Shown here: piece after piece, positions 18,331-28,896 of the stretch
How the letters are laid out: every line of letters starts with the position of its first letter
Numbering within the stretch: position 1 is the first letter of the stretch
Assembly (NCBI GenBank): GCA_018819405.1
Contig: JAHJQF010000001.1
Span: 98,097 to 162,096 of the forward strand
Length of the DNA stretch: 64,000 bases
Source of the DNA: Patescibacteria group bacterium
GTDB lineage: Bacteria; Patescibacteriota; Patescibacteriia; UBA1558; GWA2-36-10
Direction: 5' to 3'
Program-made: the position numbers and the translations under genes
The notes under the pieces: generated by a model
What the model was told of the DNA's origin: nothing
The model's input: the letters and a program-made list of their open reading frames with translations, nothing else
Database searches by the model: none

Positions 18331-20208
18331 ATGAAAAATCTATTTAAATCACAAACTTCTTATGAAATCCTTGATTTATTTACCAAAAACCCAGATAAAA
18401 GTTGGTATATGGCTCAACTATCCAAAGAGCTTAGCAAAGATCCAGCCAATATCACCCGCGAGCTGGACAAGCTAACAAAAAACAATCTTGTCCTAGCCAA
18501 AAATCAAGCTAATAAAAAATACTACTCTCTCAACCATGACTATCGCTCTTTCAAAGAGTTGATAGACCTCTTTGAAAAAAACCGCAGCGCTGATTTCAAA
18601 GATAAATTCAATAGCCCCTGGCTTTTGGCTGAAGATATCCCAAATATGTGCCCGTTTTTTTCTCAAATATGGATGAATTGTTTTGTTGATGAATTTGCCA
18701 ACCCCAGCGGCCGCGCCTATCAAAAAGTAGTGGCTATTTTTAAGGATTATCACCTTTGGTTTTATTATGATAAAAAGGACGCCTATCAAGTAGGGCAAAA
18801 TATAGTAGACAAATTCCAAAAAGACCCCCGGTTTATGCAAGAGGTCAATCAAAATATTATAAAACTGTCTGATAAATTAACAGCTTATTGTCAAAAACTG
18901 CCCCAGGATAATCTGGAAAAATTATCAAACAAAAAACTGTGGGATTATTACAAAAAACATGAAGATGTCCATACTGACTACTATCGCTATGGGTGGCTCC
19001 CAGTAGCAGCTGATATGTTTGGCAATAATCTGACCGAAACCGGCAAAGAAATTTTAAGAAATATGGGCGTCAGCGATGATAATATGGCCGAATATCTTAT
19101 TTTACTTACCGAGCCAGCCAAGCCGTCACTCATCAAAATAGAAGAAGATGAAATAAAACAAATGGCCGCTGATATACAAGCTGACCTCAGACAATTTAAA
19201 TTATTTAAAGAGCTTTTCAAAAAATTCAAAGAGGAAGATGTAAAGCTCTTTGGCTTATATACTCACTCTCCTGAATATGAGGCCAAATTTGAAGAAAGAG
19301 TCAGAGAGCTTATCAAAAAAATTGATCCTAAGATTTCTAAAAAACTAGAAGATCACTACCAAAAATATTTTTATACAAAATTTTTATTTACTGAAGAGCA
19401 AGGTGTATATAATTTTGAACACTACCTAAAAAAACTTGTCCGACTGGTCAATAATGAGACAAACATCGGCAAAACCCTAAAAGATGAAGTCACGGCTACA
19501 AAAATAGAGCTAAAAAAAAGAGACAGCTTGATAAAAAAACTAAAACTATCATCTCAGCATAAAATATTTTTTGACCAGTGGGGTGAATTTATGATTACGA
19601 AAATATACCGTCGCTATGCCCAGCTTTTTGCCATCTATCGAATGGTGCCTATTATAGAACAAATAGGCAAAAGACTTGGTCTCAGCATCAAAGAAACAAA
19701 ATTCATGACAAGCGAAGAACTATACAACGCTTTATTTAAAAATAAATTAAACAAAGAAGAAATAAAAAAAAGAATACCTTTTTCCGTATATTATACCGAC
19801 AAAAATGAACACGCCTTTTATACTGGGCGCATGGCCAAACAAGCGACTGAAATAATCCAGACTGAAAATATAGAAGAAGTCTCTGAAATCAAAGGCCAGT
19901 GCGGAGCCCGTGGTCATGCCAAAGGACCGGTCAAAATAATAAATGTAATAGCTGACATGCAAAAAATGCAAGCCGGCGACATCCTCGTTTCTATCTCCAC
20001 CCAACCCGACCTTTTACCGGCCATGAAAAAAGCCGCCGCTTTCGTAACAGAACAAGGTGGGGTCACCTCTCACGCTGCCATAGTTGCCCGTGAATTAAAA
20101 ACGCCTTGTGTGATTGCTACCAAAATCGCTACCAAAGTATTAAAAGACGGCGACTTGGTAGAAGTAGATGCTGATAAGGGTATTGTAAAGATTTTGAATA
20201 AGAAATAA
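18331..20208 (+). CDS. Winged-HTH protein with C-terminal PEP-utilizer mobile (phosphohistidine) domain
   Basis: N-terminal wHTH (YMAQLSKELSKDPANITRELDKL...YYSLN); C-terminal GDILVS..T.PD...AAAFVTEQGGVTSHAAIVARELKTPCV; no ATP-grasp domain evident. Confidence 0.8.
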   Translation: MKNLFKSQTSYEILDLFTKNPDKSWYMAQLSKELSKDPANITRELDKLTKNNLVLAKNQANKKYYSLNHDYRSFKELIDLFEKNRSADFKDKFNSPWLLAEDIPNMCPFFSQIWMNCFVDEFANPSGRAYQKVVAIFKDYHLWFYYDKKDAYQVGQNIVDKFQKDPRFMQEVNQNIIKLSDKLTAYCQKLPQDNLEKLSNKKLWDYYKKHEDVHTDYYRYGWLPVAADMFGNNLTETGKEILRNMGVSDDNMAEYLILLTEPAKPSLIKIEEDEIKQMAADIQADLRQFKLFKELFKKFKEEDVKLFGLYTHSPEYEAKFEERVRELIKKIDPKISKKLEDHYQKYFYTKFLFTEEQGVYNFEHYLKKLVRLVNNETNIGKTLKDEVTATKIELKKRDSLIKKLKLSSQHKIFFDQWGEFMITKIYRRYAQLFAIYRMVPIIEQIGKRLGLSIKETKFMTSEELYNALFKNKLNKEEIKKRIPFSVYYTDKNEHAFYTGRMAKQATEIIQTENIEEVSEIKGQCGARGHAKGPVKIINVIADMQKMQAGDILVSISTQPDLLPAMKKAAAFVTEQGGVTSHAAIVARELKTPCVIATKIATKVLKDGDLVEVDADKGIVKILNKK

Positions 20209-20311
20209 CCAGATCCCGCTATACAGCGGGATGCTCGATTTTGCATCTAGTCGCTTCGCTCTAGACAAAATCGGCAGAAGTAGATGCTGATAAGGGTATT
20301 GTAAAGATTTT
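20160..20311 (+). repeat. 36-bp perfect direct repeat (20160-20195 and 20276-20311) around a palindromic element (20213-20275)
   Basis: AGAAGTAGATGCTGATAAGGGTATTGTAAAGATTTT occurs twice. Confidence 0.9.
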
Positions 20312-20318
20312 AAAAAAA

Positions 20319-21356
20319 TCATAGCCTATTTTTAGTAATTATCATGGCGTCACCAAAAGAAAAAAATCTATATTTTTTGGCAACAGCTTTTTGATAAGTT
20401 TTGATTATTAGTTCACGACTAGCCAAAGCTGAGACCATAAATAGTAACGAGCTCTTGGGCAAATGAAAATTAGTAATCAAATCATCTGCAAACTTATATT
20501 TGTAACCAGGATAAATATAAATATCTACCCATTTAACCCCAGGGGTTAAATCACCTGTTTTGTCTGAAAAAGCCTCTAGCGTCCGGGCGCTGGTGGTGCC
20601 AACTGCTATTATATTTTTGCCTGTTTTTTTTAGTTTGTTTAATGCTTCAGCTGTCTTTTTATCAATCCTGGCCCACTCATGGTGTATTTTGTGTTTTTCT
20701 ATCTCCTCTGCTTCCACTGGAGCAAAGGTGCCAAGTCCAACATGCAAAGTAACTTTAAAAATCTTAATGCCTTTTTTTGACAGTTGTTTTAAAACACGAT
20801 CGGTAAAATGCAATCCAGCAGTCGGAGCCGCTGCCGAGCCAATACTACGAGCATAAATAGTCTGATAATCTTTTTTAATTTTTTGACTGTCTTTGGTCTT
20901 GATATAAGGCGGCAGCGGCGTATGACCAATATTATCAATTATCTTGTCCAATTCTTTACCTGATTTATTAAATTTGACTTGTTTAGTCTTGCCATCTATA
21001 TCTTTAATAATTTTGGCTTCTAATTTTTTATCAAAATAAATAGCATCTCCTACTTTTAGATTACGGCCACCAATCATGGCTAGCCAACCCGACGGGTTGA
21101 CCCGATCTATAAGTAATATTTCTACTTTACCACCGGTACTTTTATGCCCATAAAGACGGGCTGGAAATACCTTTGTTTCATTGACCACCAAAACATCATT
21201 GCTAGTCAAAATGTCTGGCAAATCATAAAAATGCTTGTGGGCAATTTTTTGTTTAGCGCTATCTAAAATCAAAAGGCGCGAATGATCGCGTGGTTTTATT
21301 TGTTTTTGAGCTATTAGCTCATGAGGTAAATTGTAGTCAAATAATTTTATATTCAT
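20319..21356 (-). CDS. queA: S-adenosylmethionine:tRNA ribosyltransferase-isomerase
   Basis: FDYNLPHELIAQ, PLPPYI, AAPTAGLHF, LHVGLGTF, TNFHLPKS, YRFFSFGDAM; start ATG at 21356. Confidence 0.96.
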   Translation of the reverse strand: MNIKLFDYNLPHELIAQKQIKPRDHSRLLILDSAKQKIAHKHFYDLPDILTSNDVLVVNETKVFPARLYGHKSTGGKVEILLIDRVNPSGWLAMIGGRNLKVGDAIYFDKKLEAKIIKDIDGKTKQVKFNKSGKELDKIIDNIGHTPLPPYIKTKDSQKIKKDYQTIYARSIGSAAAPTAGLHFTDRVLKQLSKKGIKIFKVTLHVGLGTFAPVEAEEIEKHKIHHEWARIDKKTAEALNKLKKTGKNIIAVGTTSARTLEAFSDKTGDLTPGVKWVDIYIYPGYKYKFADDLITNFHLPKSSLLFMVSALASRELIIKTYQKAVAKKYRFFSFGDAMIITKNRL

Positions 21357-21376
21357 AAATATTATAAAATAGAGTG

Positions 21377-21403
21377 GCCGGCTTCGCCTTCGGCGAAGCC
21401 GGC
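21377..21403. repeat. GC-rich hairpin GCCGGCTTCGCC-TTC-GGCGAAGCCGGC
   Basis: 12-bp perfect inverted repeat between the ORFan and queA. Confidence 0.65.
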
Positions 21404-21408
21404 AAGAA

Positions 21409-21672
21409 CTATTTGATCCTATGCTCGTTGAGACGAAAATAGTGTGGTTTCTGTACTGAGTAGCTACCATTGAAAAACAACAATGGTAGCCAAAAAAATA
21501 CTACAAAAAGAAACACTCCAATGCTAGAGCCAATAATACAAAAAGCATCACTTGGCGGCCCATGTTGATGCCTAGCACGATTGAGCAGAGACACGATGTC
21601 ACTGCTGTAAAGCATTCCGTAACAACAGCCAATGGTGGCGTACACAAGGGTTACCCAGAAGTACCAACTCAT
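21409..21672 (-). CDS. Small two-TM membrane ORFan
   Basis: 87 aa; AAGGAGG SD; upstream TTGACA; two hydrophobic segments. Confidence 0.6.
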   Translation of the reverse strand: MSWYFWVTLVYATIGCCYGMLYSSDIVSLLNRARHQHGPPSDAFCIIGSSIGVFLFVVFFWLPLLFFNGSYSVQKPHYFRLNEHRIK

Positions 21673-21758
21673 GACCTTCCTCCTTTTTCGAGCCTAGTTC
21701 AAACCAAGGTGTCAGAGAACATAATCAAATAAAGATTATCTTAATAACAATATATTTG

Positions 21759-22295
21759 TCAATTTCTTTTTGAATAAACACAGCCACAATAATCCTGACG
21801 GTAAAATCCTTCTTCTTTGGACATTTTGCTTGATATCTTAAAACCGTCTTTCTTTTTCCAATCTCGGTCCAAAAATTCTATGCCCAGTTGATTGGCTAGA
21901 GACTGCCCAATCATACTAATTTTGGCGTAGTCCTTGTGAGGAGAAATAGATAAGACTGTAGCAAAAGTATCATAGCCTTCGGCTTTAGCTTTGGTCGCTG
22001 TTTTAGATAATCTGAGATCAAAACATGCATCACAACGTCTGCCGCGCTCCGGTTCGTTTTCTAACCCTTTGGTTTTTTTGAACCATTCTGAGCTATTATA
22101 TTCGCCTTCTTCAAATTTTAGACCAATTTTTTTGGCATAATTTTTCATTTCATCACGACGCAAATTGTATTCTTTGCGGGGATGAATATTTGGGTCATAA
22201 AAAAATATAGTTAGATCATACTCATGAGCTAACTGATCCAAAACATATATTGAACATGACGCACAACAAGTGTGCAGAAGTAATTTCGGTCTCAT
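21759..22295 (-). CDS. queH: Epoxyqueuosine reductase QueH (DUF208)
   Basis: LLLHTCCASCS, PNIHP, RCDACFDLRL, YRQDYCGC. Confidence 0.92.
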   Translation of the reverse strand: MRPKLLLHTCCASCSIYVLDQLAHEYDLTIFFYDPNIHPRKEYNLRRDEMKNYAKKIGLKFEEGEYNSSEWFKKTKGLENEPERGRRCDACFDLRLSKTATKAKAEGYDTFATVLSISPHKDYAKISMIGQSLANQLGIEFLDRDWKKKDGFKISSKMSKEEGFYRQDYCGCVYSKRN

Positions 22296-22296
22296 A

Positions 22297-23313
22297 CTAA
22301 AACATTTTTTTCTGACTGTCTTTTTTTTCTTTGCCTAAATACTCATAGGTCTTATCTGTAGCAATCCTGCCTTGCGAAGTACGAGAAAGTAAACCCAATT
22401 GCATCAAATAAGGCTCAAATATTTCTTCTATTGTCCCGGCTTCTTCCTGAAGAGACGCGGCCAATGTACCCAAACCTACTGGTCCACCAGAAAAATTTTC
22501 TACCAATACTGTAAGTAACCTTCTATCCAAATCGTCTAGACCATACTCATCAATGGCCATCATGTCCAAAGCTCTTCTGGTCAAATCACGAGATATTTTA
22601 CCGTCTGCTTTGACCTGAGCATAATCCCTGACACGTTTGAGTACTCTATTGGCAATACGAGGCGTGGCTCGACTACGCTTGGCTATTTCTAGTCTAGCCT
22701 GATCTTCAATTGGCACAGCCAAAATATCAGCTGCCCGACTGACAATATCGGCTATTTCATCCTCATTATAAAAATTGAGCCTAAAAGTCGCCCCAAATCT
22801 ATCTCTAAGTGGTGAAGAAATAAGATTATATCTAGTAGTGGCTCCAATTAAAGTAAAACGCGGCAAATCCAGCCTGAGCATCTGAGCTGAAGGACCCTTG
22901 CCCAATACAATATCTAATGCAAAATCTTCCATAGCTGGATAGAGTATCTCTTCGATGGTCTTGTTGAGACGGTGTATCTCATCAATAAATAAAATATCGC
23001 CATCTTGCAGATTGGTAATAATAGCTGCCAAATCTCCGGCTTTAGAAATGGCCGGTCCGGAAGTAACCTTGATACCTGTGCCCATTTCTTTGGCAATAAT
23101 ATGAGCGAGTGTAGTTTTACCTAAGCCCGGTGGTCCAAAAAGAAGCACATGGTCAATGGCTTCTTTCCTTTTTTTGGCAGCGCTAAGTAATACATCTAGA
23201 TTTTCTTTGACCTGACGCTGACCCACATACTCTCTCAGAGTCTGCGGACGAAGCGTCAAATCCCAAGTACGGTCTTCATTTTGTTCTTTGGCTGATGTAA
23301 TTCGCTCTTCCAT
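22297..23313 (-). CDS. ruvB: Holliday junction helicase RuvB
   Basis: [36 protein letters not shown]. Confidence 0.97.
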   Translation of the reverse strand: MEERITSAKEQNEDRTWDLTLRPQTLREYVGQRQVKENLDVLLSAAKKRKEAIDHVLLFGPPGLGKTTLAHIIAKEMGTGIKVTSGPAISKAGDLAAIITNLQDGDILFIDEIHRLNKTIEEILYPAMEDFALDIVLGKGPSAQMLRLDLPRFTLIGATTRYNLISSPLRDRFGATFRLNFYNEDEIADIVSRAADILAVPIEDQARLEIAKRSRATPRIANRVLKRVRDYAQVKADGKISRDLTRRALDMMAIDEYGLDDLDRRLLTVLVENFSGGPVGLGTLAASLQEEAGTIEEIFEPYLMQLGLLSRTSQGRIATDKTYEYLGKEKKDSQKKMF

Positions 23314-23322
23314 TTCAAAATT

Positions 23323-25848
23323 TTAAATAAAAGTCACAGACGATACTTTATCATCACCGTCTTTAAATCTCATAAGTCTCACTCCCTGAGTAGCTCGTCC
23401 CAAAATACTAACAGATTTGATAGCTAGCCTTATTACCTGTCCTTTACGAGATATAATAATCATATCTTCATCCTCCATATTTTTGGAAACAATCTTAGCA
23501 CTGGCAACCTCACCTGTCTTGGCTGTCACCTGAGCAGTCTTGATGCCACTACCACCACGTCCTTGCACCTTGTAAGCGCCCAAAGCCGTACGCTTGCCAA
23601 AACCATGTACAGTAACTACCAAAAGCTGTTCGTCTTTACTGGCTTTACCATCAGCAATAATATCGGCACCAATCATAGCATCATCCTTCTTGATTTTGAT
23701 GCCTCTTACTCCAGAAGCACTACGACCCATAGACCGGACTGATTTCTCTTTAAATCTTATAGACTGCCCTCTGGCCGTAACCAACATAATATCATCATTA
23801 CCAGATGACGGTTTGACCCAATCAAGCACATCATCTTTTTTCAAGGTAATAGCAATCAGACCACTTCTTCTGACATGTGTAAATTGTTCTACCTCTGTAC
23901 GCTTGATCACGCCGTTACGAGTGACCATGACAAAATATTTGAAAGCCTTGAAGTCCTCGCTCTGTAAAATACTTGAGACTTTTTCCTCTGGAGACAATTG
24001 TAAAAAGTTGACAATGTTTTGACCTTTGGAAGTCCTAGATTGTTGCGGTACTTCATAAGCCTTGAGTTGAAAGACGCGTCCTCGAGTGGTAAAAAACATC
24101 AAATCAGAGTGAGTAGAAGTAGTAAAAAATTCTTCTACTTCATCTTGCTCTTTGGTAGTAAGACCCATCACGCCTTTGCCGCCACGACTCTGCGTGCGGA
24201 ATGTCTCCGGAGCTAGTCTCTTTATATAACCATCTTTGGTCATCATAATTACAGTGGACTCATTGGGTATAAGGTCCTTGGTAGTCATTTTGCCAATAGC
24301 TGATTTTATTACTTTTGTCTTTCTAGGATCAGCATATTTAGCTTTGATTTCGGCCAACTCATCTTTGATAATACTCAAAACTTTGGACTTACTCTTAAGT
24401 ATTGCTTCCAAATCTTTGATAATCTTCAATTTTTCTTTTAGTTCGTCTAATATTTTTTGACGCTCTAGATTGGCTAAACTCTGAAGCTTCATTTCTAGGA
24501 TAGCTACTGATTGTCTCTCAGTCAGTTTGAATTTTTTCATCAAATTAACCTTGGCAATTTCTTTATCTTTAGAGGCGCGGATAGTTTTGATAACCGCATC
24601 AATTTTATCCAAAGCTTTTTTAAGTCCTTCCAAGATATGGGCTCTGTCTTTGGCTTTATCCAAATCAAACTGAGTACGCCTGACAACCACTTCTTGACGA
24701 TGTTTTATATACTCTTCCAAAATTGACTGTAGAGTCAAAACTCTAGGCTGTATACCATCCACCAAAGCCAGCATATTTACATGAAACTTTTCCTGCAATT
24801 GAGTATGCTTATAAAGATTGTTCAAAATCTTGTTTGGATAAGAATCTTTTTTGAGTTCAATGACAATCCTGACTCCGTCTTTATCTGATTCGTCACGCAA
24901 ATCTTTGACACCATCTATTTTTTTATCTTTAACTAACTGAGCTATCTTTTCCAACAAAGTGGCTTTATTGACCTGAAAAGGAATAGAGGAAATAATGATT
25001 CTGTATTGTCCTACTTTGTCTTCCACAATCTCTGCTTCTCCACGCGTTACAATACCACCACGGCCAGTAGCATAAGCTGTCTTGATGTCATCTATATCAT
25101 AGATTACACCGCCCGTTGGAAAATCAGGGCCTTTTACAATTTCAATCAGCTCATCAATAGTAACATTTGGTTTATCAATAATGAGATTTATAGCCTCAAT
25201 CAATTCCCCTAGATTGTGTGGCGGGATATTGGTAGCCATACCAACCGCAATACCAGTTGTACCATTTAAAAGAAGATTTGGTAATTTAGCTGGCAAGACT
25301 CTTGGCTCTTTCTGAGAACCATCATAGTTTGGTATGAAGTCCACTGTGTTTTTATCTATATCAAAAAGCAATTCTTCAGCTAGACCCTGCAATTTAGCCT
25401 CGGTATAACGCATAGCAGCTGCTCCGTCACCATCCATTGAGCCGAAGTTTCCTTGGCCATTGACCAATGTATAACGCATAGAAAAATCCTGAGCCATTCT
25501 GACCATAGAATCATAAACCGCTGCATCACCATGCGGATGATATTTACCTAGTACTTCACCGACTACGGTAGCTGATTTTCTGAATTTGGCAGTATGACGG
25601 AGCCCTAAGGTCCACATAGCATAAAGTATACGTCGATGTACTGGTTTTAGACCATCTCGGACATCTGGCAAAGCGCGAGAAACAATAACACTCATAGCAT
25701 AGTCAATATATGAGCTTTGCATCTCTTCTACAATAGACAAGGGCTCTACTCGACCACGATTGTTTATCAGTATATCCTGACTAGCTTTTGTTTCTTTGCT
25801 GTCTTGAGCTTTATTAGTTGATTTTTTAATTAATTTCTTTTTTGCCAT
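23323..25848 (-). CDS. gyrA: DNA gyrase subunit A
   Basis: [29 protein letters not shown], GyrA-box QSRGGKG. Confidence 0.97.
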   Translation of the reverse strand: MAKKKLIKKSTNKAQDSKETKASQDILINNRGRVEPLSIVEEMQSSYIDYAMSVIVSRALPDVRDGLKPVHRRILYAMWTLGLRHTAKFRKSATVVGEVLGKYHPHGDAAVYDSMVRMAQDFSMRYTLVNGQGNFGSMDGDGAAAMRYTEAKLQGLAEELLFDIDKNTVDFIPNYDGSQKEPRVLPAKLPNLLLNGTTGIAVGMATNIPPHNLGELIEAINLIIDKPNVTIDELIEIVKGPDFPTGGVIYDIDDIKTAYATGRGGIVTRGEAEIVEDKVGQYRIIISSIPFQVNKATLLEKIAQLVKDKKIDGVKDLRDESDKDGVRIVIELKKDSYPNKILNNLYKHTQLQEKFHVNMLALVDGIQPRVLTLQSILEEYIKHRQEVVVRRTQFDLDKAKDRAHILEGLKKALDKIDAVIKTIRASKDKEIAKVNLMKKFKLTERQSVAILEMKLQSLANLERQKILDELKEKLKIIKDLEAILKSKSKVLSIIKDELAEIKAKYADPRKTKVIKSAIGKMTTKDLIPNESTVIMMTKDGYIKRLAPETFRTQSRGGKGVMGLTTKEQDEVEEFFTTSTHSDLMFFTTRGRVFQLKAYEVPQQSRTSKGQNIVNFLQLSPEEKVSSILQSEDFKAFKYFVMVTRNGVIKRTEVEQFTHVRRSGLIAITLKKDDVLDWVKPSSGNDDIMLVTARGQSIRFKEKSVRSMGRSASGVRGIKIKKDDAMIGADIIADGKASKDEQLLVVTVHGFGKRTALGAYKVQGRGGSGIKTAQVTAKTGEVASAKIVSKNMEDEDMIIISRKGQVIRLAIKSVSILGRATQGVRLMRFKDGDDKVSSVTFI

Positions 25849-25872
25849 AATATTTCAAATTTCTTGATATAT

Positions 25873-26577
25873 TTAATCTGTAAATTTAAATGTATTTATC
25901 ATCGCATCAATAGTATTGTTATCTATATTTCTAAAGGTAAATAATAATATTCTATCCGCCATCGCTGTGAAGATAGTGTTTCCATTTTCTGGGAAATCAT
26001 TATTTTTATACAAAACAACATTATTAATATTTATAATTTGATAACCATATTCCTCTGCTCTTTGTGCCAAAATATTTTCCAATGTATCGGTATTATCATA
26101 AAGCACTTCGCTTTCTGTATCCATACTAATTGATTTATCACTATAGACCAAATAAAAAGCGCTCAGGTCTGGACTCAATGGTATATCAAAATCTTCATAT
26201 ACAGCTCTATTTTTATATCCGGGAGGAATAGCTATTGAAAAATTATATTTATCATTTTTATATATTTCCCACTCATTAACATCAACTTTATTTTCCAAAT
26301 ATTTTTTGGCTTCGTCAATCAATTGGGAACGCTGCTCTTCTTTTTGAACTTCGTCAGCAAAATTCTTGGCATTACTAATACCCAAAACAGTGCTATCCTG
26401 AATTTTATCAACTGTCTGGTCGCCGGCTTCAAAAATATTTTGCCAAAATACATTACTACTTCTGTCTATACTACCAAAAGGCTCTCTTTTTACCCATTCA
26501 GAAAAAATAAAACCCGTTACTCCAAGTGCCACTATAACTATCAAAAATATTTTTTTATTTGACCCAAAAAAAATCAT
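25873..26577 (-). CDS. Membrane-anchored hypothetical protein
   Basis: N-terminal TM helix; WEIYKNDKYNFSIAIP...MINTFKF resembles a PsbP-like domain. Confidence 0.6.
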   Translation of the reverse strand: MIFFGSNKKIFLIVIVALGVTGFIFSEWVKREPFGSIDRSSNVFWQNIFEAGDQTVDKIQDSTVLGISNAKNFADEVQKEEQRSQLIDEAKKYLENKVDVNEWEIYKNDKYNFSIAIPPGYKNRAVYEDFDIPLSPDLSAFYLVYSDKSISMDTESEVLYDNTDTLENILAQRAEEYGYQIININNVVLYKNNDFPENGNTIFTAMADRILLFTFRNIDNNTIDAMINTFKFTD

Positions 26578-27179
26578 TTTTGCAAATTAAGTATTATTAG
26601 TTTCATATCATCCTGAGGCAAATCTTTTTTCTTTATTTTGAATTTGTCCTCTATCTCTGGTTTAGTACTTATTTCTTTGATAAAGTCCAATACATCATCA
26701 GCCTTTAATTTAAAGCTGCCGGCTTTATGACAGCTTGGTATAACAATTCGGGGCTCTACTTGACGAATGATTTTGGCCGCTTCTTTGGCTGTGGTCAAAT
26801 CACCACCGCCAACCGGTACTATTAAAATATCGGCACCTTCCACCAACTCCAGATAACTATTGGCCAACTCTTCATGGCCAAACTCTCCCAAAAAAGCAAT
26901 TTTTATATCTTCAAAAATAATATAATAAATAATATTGCCGTTTAAAGCTTTGCCATATACAAAAACATCTTTTACTTCGTACTCTCCCTGGCTATCAATC
27001 ACAAAAGAATCGCTATCCATTTTTATCTTAGCAACTTGACTAGAATCAGAAAATAAAATTACATCCCCTTTTGCTTTGGAGAATTTTGTGGCTTTGTCCA
27101 GAGCATAAGGATTTATAACCAAAGTATGTTCACCATTTTTAAGCCTAAAATAGTTAAAACCATGCCATGAAATTGTCAT
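26574..27179 (-). CDS. Metallo-beta-lactamase-fold protein (Lactamase_B_3-like), metal ligands degenerate
   Basis: MTISWHG..YF, GEYEVKDV, DILIVPVGG, EPRIVIP; no HxHxDH; start ATG at 27179. Confidence 0.75.
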   Translation of the reverse strand: MTISWHGFNYFRLKNGEHTLVINPYALDKATKFSKAKGDVILFSDSSQVAKIKMDSDSFVIDSQGEYEVKDVFVYGKALNGNIIYYIIFEDIKIAFLGEFGHEELANSYLELVEGADILIVPVGGGDLTTAKEAAKIIRQVEPRIVIPSCHKAGSFKLKADDVLDFIKEISTKPEIEDKFKIKKKDLPQDDMKLIILNLQK

Positions 27180-27242
27180 ATTTTTTACTGCTTTTTTATA
27201 CCTATTAACGTCTCTAATTTTATCATAAATAATATTGGAAGT

Positions 27243-27360
27243 AAACCCCGTTAGAGAATCATATTTGCCTATAAAATAAGGCCGAAATTGGATTTTTACC
27301 AAGCTAATTTAAGTTTAAAAATAAAGTTATAAAATTAAGTTCACTCTCTATCGGCATAAA
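27243..27360. repeat. Degenerate ACCCCGTTA-family element, copy 3
   Basis: ACCCCGTTAGAGA at 27245-27257; decayed partner TCTCTATCGGCAT at 27345-27357. Confidence 0.45.
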
Positions 27361-27491
27361 GATAAGAATGCCCAAAAAAATAAGCTAAAAAAGGTCTTTT
27401 TTCAATCTTTGATTGCTCCTAGTACAGGGGCTTGATTTTTTTCTTAGTTTGTGTTAATCTAAGGCGGCTATTTAAAACTAATTTAACAAGC

Positions 27492-27532
27492 TCTCAAGGC
27501 CTGAACCCTTGAGAACTCGACCCGCTTGCGGG
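27492..27532 (+). promoter_or_regulatory. Structured 5' leader of rpsA (two hairpins)
   Basis: TCTCAAGG/CCTTGAGA and CCCGC/GCGGG stems shortly upstream of the ATG. Confidence 0.4.
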
Positions 27533-27554
27533 GAGGGATAATCATTAATAATTA

Positions 27555-28844
27555 ATGTCAGAAGAAAAAACACAAGTTCTAAGTCCAATGGATGAGCTGC
27601 TTAAAGATGAAAAGGCAGTAAAGATTCCTCAAGTTGGAGACTTAGTAACTGGGACTGTAATTAGCGTCTCAAAAAATGAAATTTATCTGGATATAGACGG
27701 TATCACTACCGGTATTATTCGTGGTCGTGAAATCTATGATGAGTCAGATGAATCCTCAAATCTAAAAATTGACAACCAAGCTACCGCCACTGTTATTGGC
27801 CTAGACAATGAAAATGGTTACATGGAGTTGTCCTTACGTGAAGCTGGACATAAAAAAGCTTGGGATAAATTGGAAGACCTACTAAAAGTAGGAACTATTG
27901 TTGACTCAAAAGTAATTGACGCCAACAAAGGTGGTCTAATGATAAAAATAGGCAATGTTGTCGGATTTTTGCCAGTATCACAACTTACTATCGAGCATTA
28001 TCCTCGTATTGAGGGCGGAGACAAAAACAAAATATTGTCTCACTTAAAATCTTTTGTAAATCAGAATTTAAAAACCAAGGTTATTGATGTTGATGAAAAA
28101 GACGACAAGCTTATTGTCTCTGAAAAAGCTGCTTGGGATGATAAACAAAAGAAAGTAATCTCCAAATTTAAAGTCGGCGATATTGTAGAAGGAAAAGTAA
28201 CGGGTGTAGTTGATTTTGGTGCTTTTGTAGAGTTTGGCGATGGTCTAGAAGGATTGGTTCATATTTCCGAGTTAGCTTGGCAAAGAATTGATAACCCTCG
28301 CGACATCATCAAAGTCGGCGACAAAGTAAAAGCCGAAATTATTGACATCGAAGAAACTAAAATTTCACTATCTATTAAAAAACTACAAAAAGACCCTTGG
28401 GTGGAAGTAAGCAAAAAATATACAATTGACCAAAAGGTCAAAGGTAAAGTTTTGAAAGTTAATCCATTTGGAGCTTTTGTGGAATTGGACGATGATATTC
28501 ATGGACTGGTACATATCTCCGAACTTAGCAATAAAAAAGTAAGTAAACCGGAAGATATAATCAAAGTAGACAATGAATATGAATTTGTCATATTGACCAT
28601 TGATCCAAAAAATCATCGCTTAGGTCTTTCCTTAAAAGTTGACCCAAAAAACTCTGAAGATGAATCTGAAGATAAAAAAGAAGCTTCTGAAAAAAAACCT
28701 GAAACTACAGAGGAAAAACAGTCTGAAAAAAAGACTGACAACAAAAAAGAGGAAAAAGCTAAAACTGGCGAAACTAAAGAAGAGTCCAAGACCAGCGAAA
28801 AAATCACTCCAACAGAAACTAAAGAGGAAAAAGACGCTAAATAA
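27555..28844 (+). CDS. rpsA: 30S ribosomal protein S1 (four S1 domains, charged C-terminal tail)
   Basis: Repeated S1 motifs (FGAFV...GLVHISEL), NKGGL, FLPVSQL. Confidence 0.9.
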   Translation: MSEEKTQVLSPMDELLKDEKAVKIPQVGDLVTGTVISVSKNEIYLDIDGITTGIIRGREIYDESDESSNLKIDNQATATVIGLDNENGYMELSLREAGHKKAWDKLEDLLKVGTIVDSKVIDANKGGLMIKIGNVVGFLPVSQLTIEHYPRIEGGDKNKILSHLKSFVNQNLKTKVIDVDEKDDKLIVSEKAAWDDKQKKVISKFKVGDIVEGKVTGVVDFGAFVEFGDGLEGLVHISELAWQRIDNPRDIIKVGDKVKAEIIDIEETKISLSIKKLQKDPWVEVSKKYTIDQKVKGKVLKVNPFGAFVELDDDIHGLVHISELSNKKVSKPEDIIKVDNEYEFVILTIDPKNHRLGLSLKVDPKNSEDESEDKKEASEKKPETTEEKQSEKKTDNKKEEKAKTGETKEESKTSEKITPTETKEEKDAK

Positions 28845-28896
28845 GCTTTCTATTTTCTGCTTTTTGTGTTTAAATAAAAAACAAAGGTAAAATTAT

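Noticed and set aside
20160-20311. Mini CRISPR array (36-bp repeat, 80-bp spacer)
   Set aside because: Only two copies, the repeat is coding sequence, the spacer is a palindromic element, and no cas genes are present
21357-21470. N-terminal extension of queA in the ORF track
   Set aside because: Runs through a GC hairpin and overlaps the upstream ORFan; QueA homology starts at MNIKLFDY
27180-27302. N-terminal extension of the MBL-fold ORF
   Set aside because: Reads through a repeat end (SLTG); the family start is MTISW
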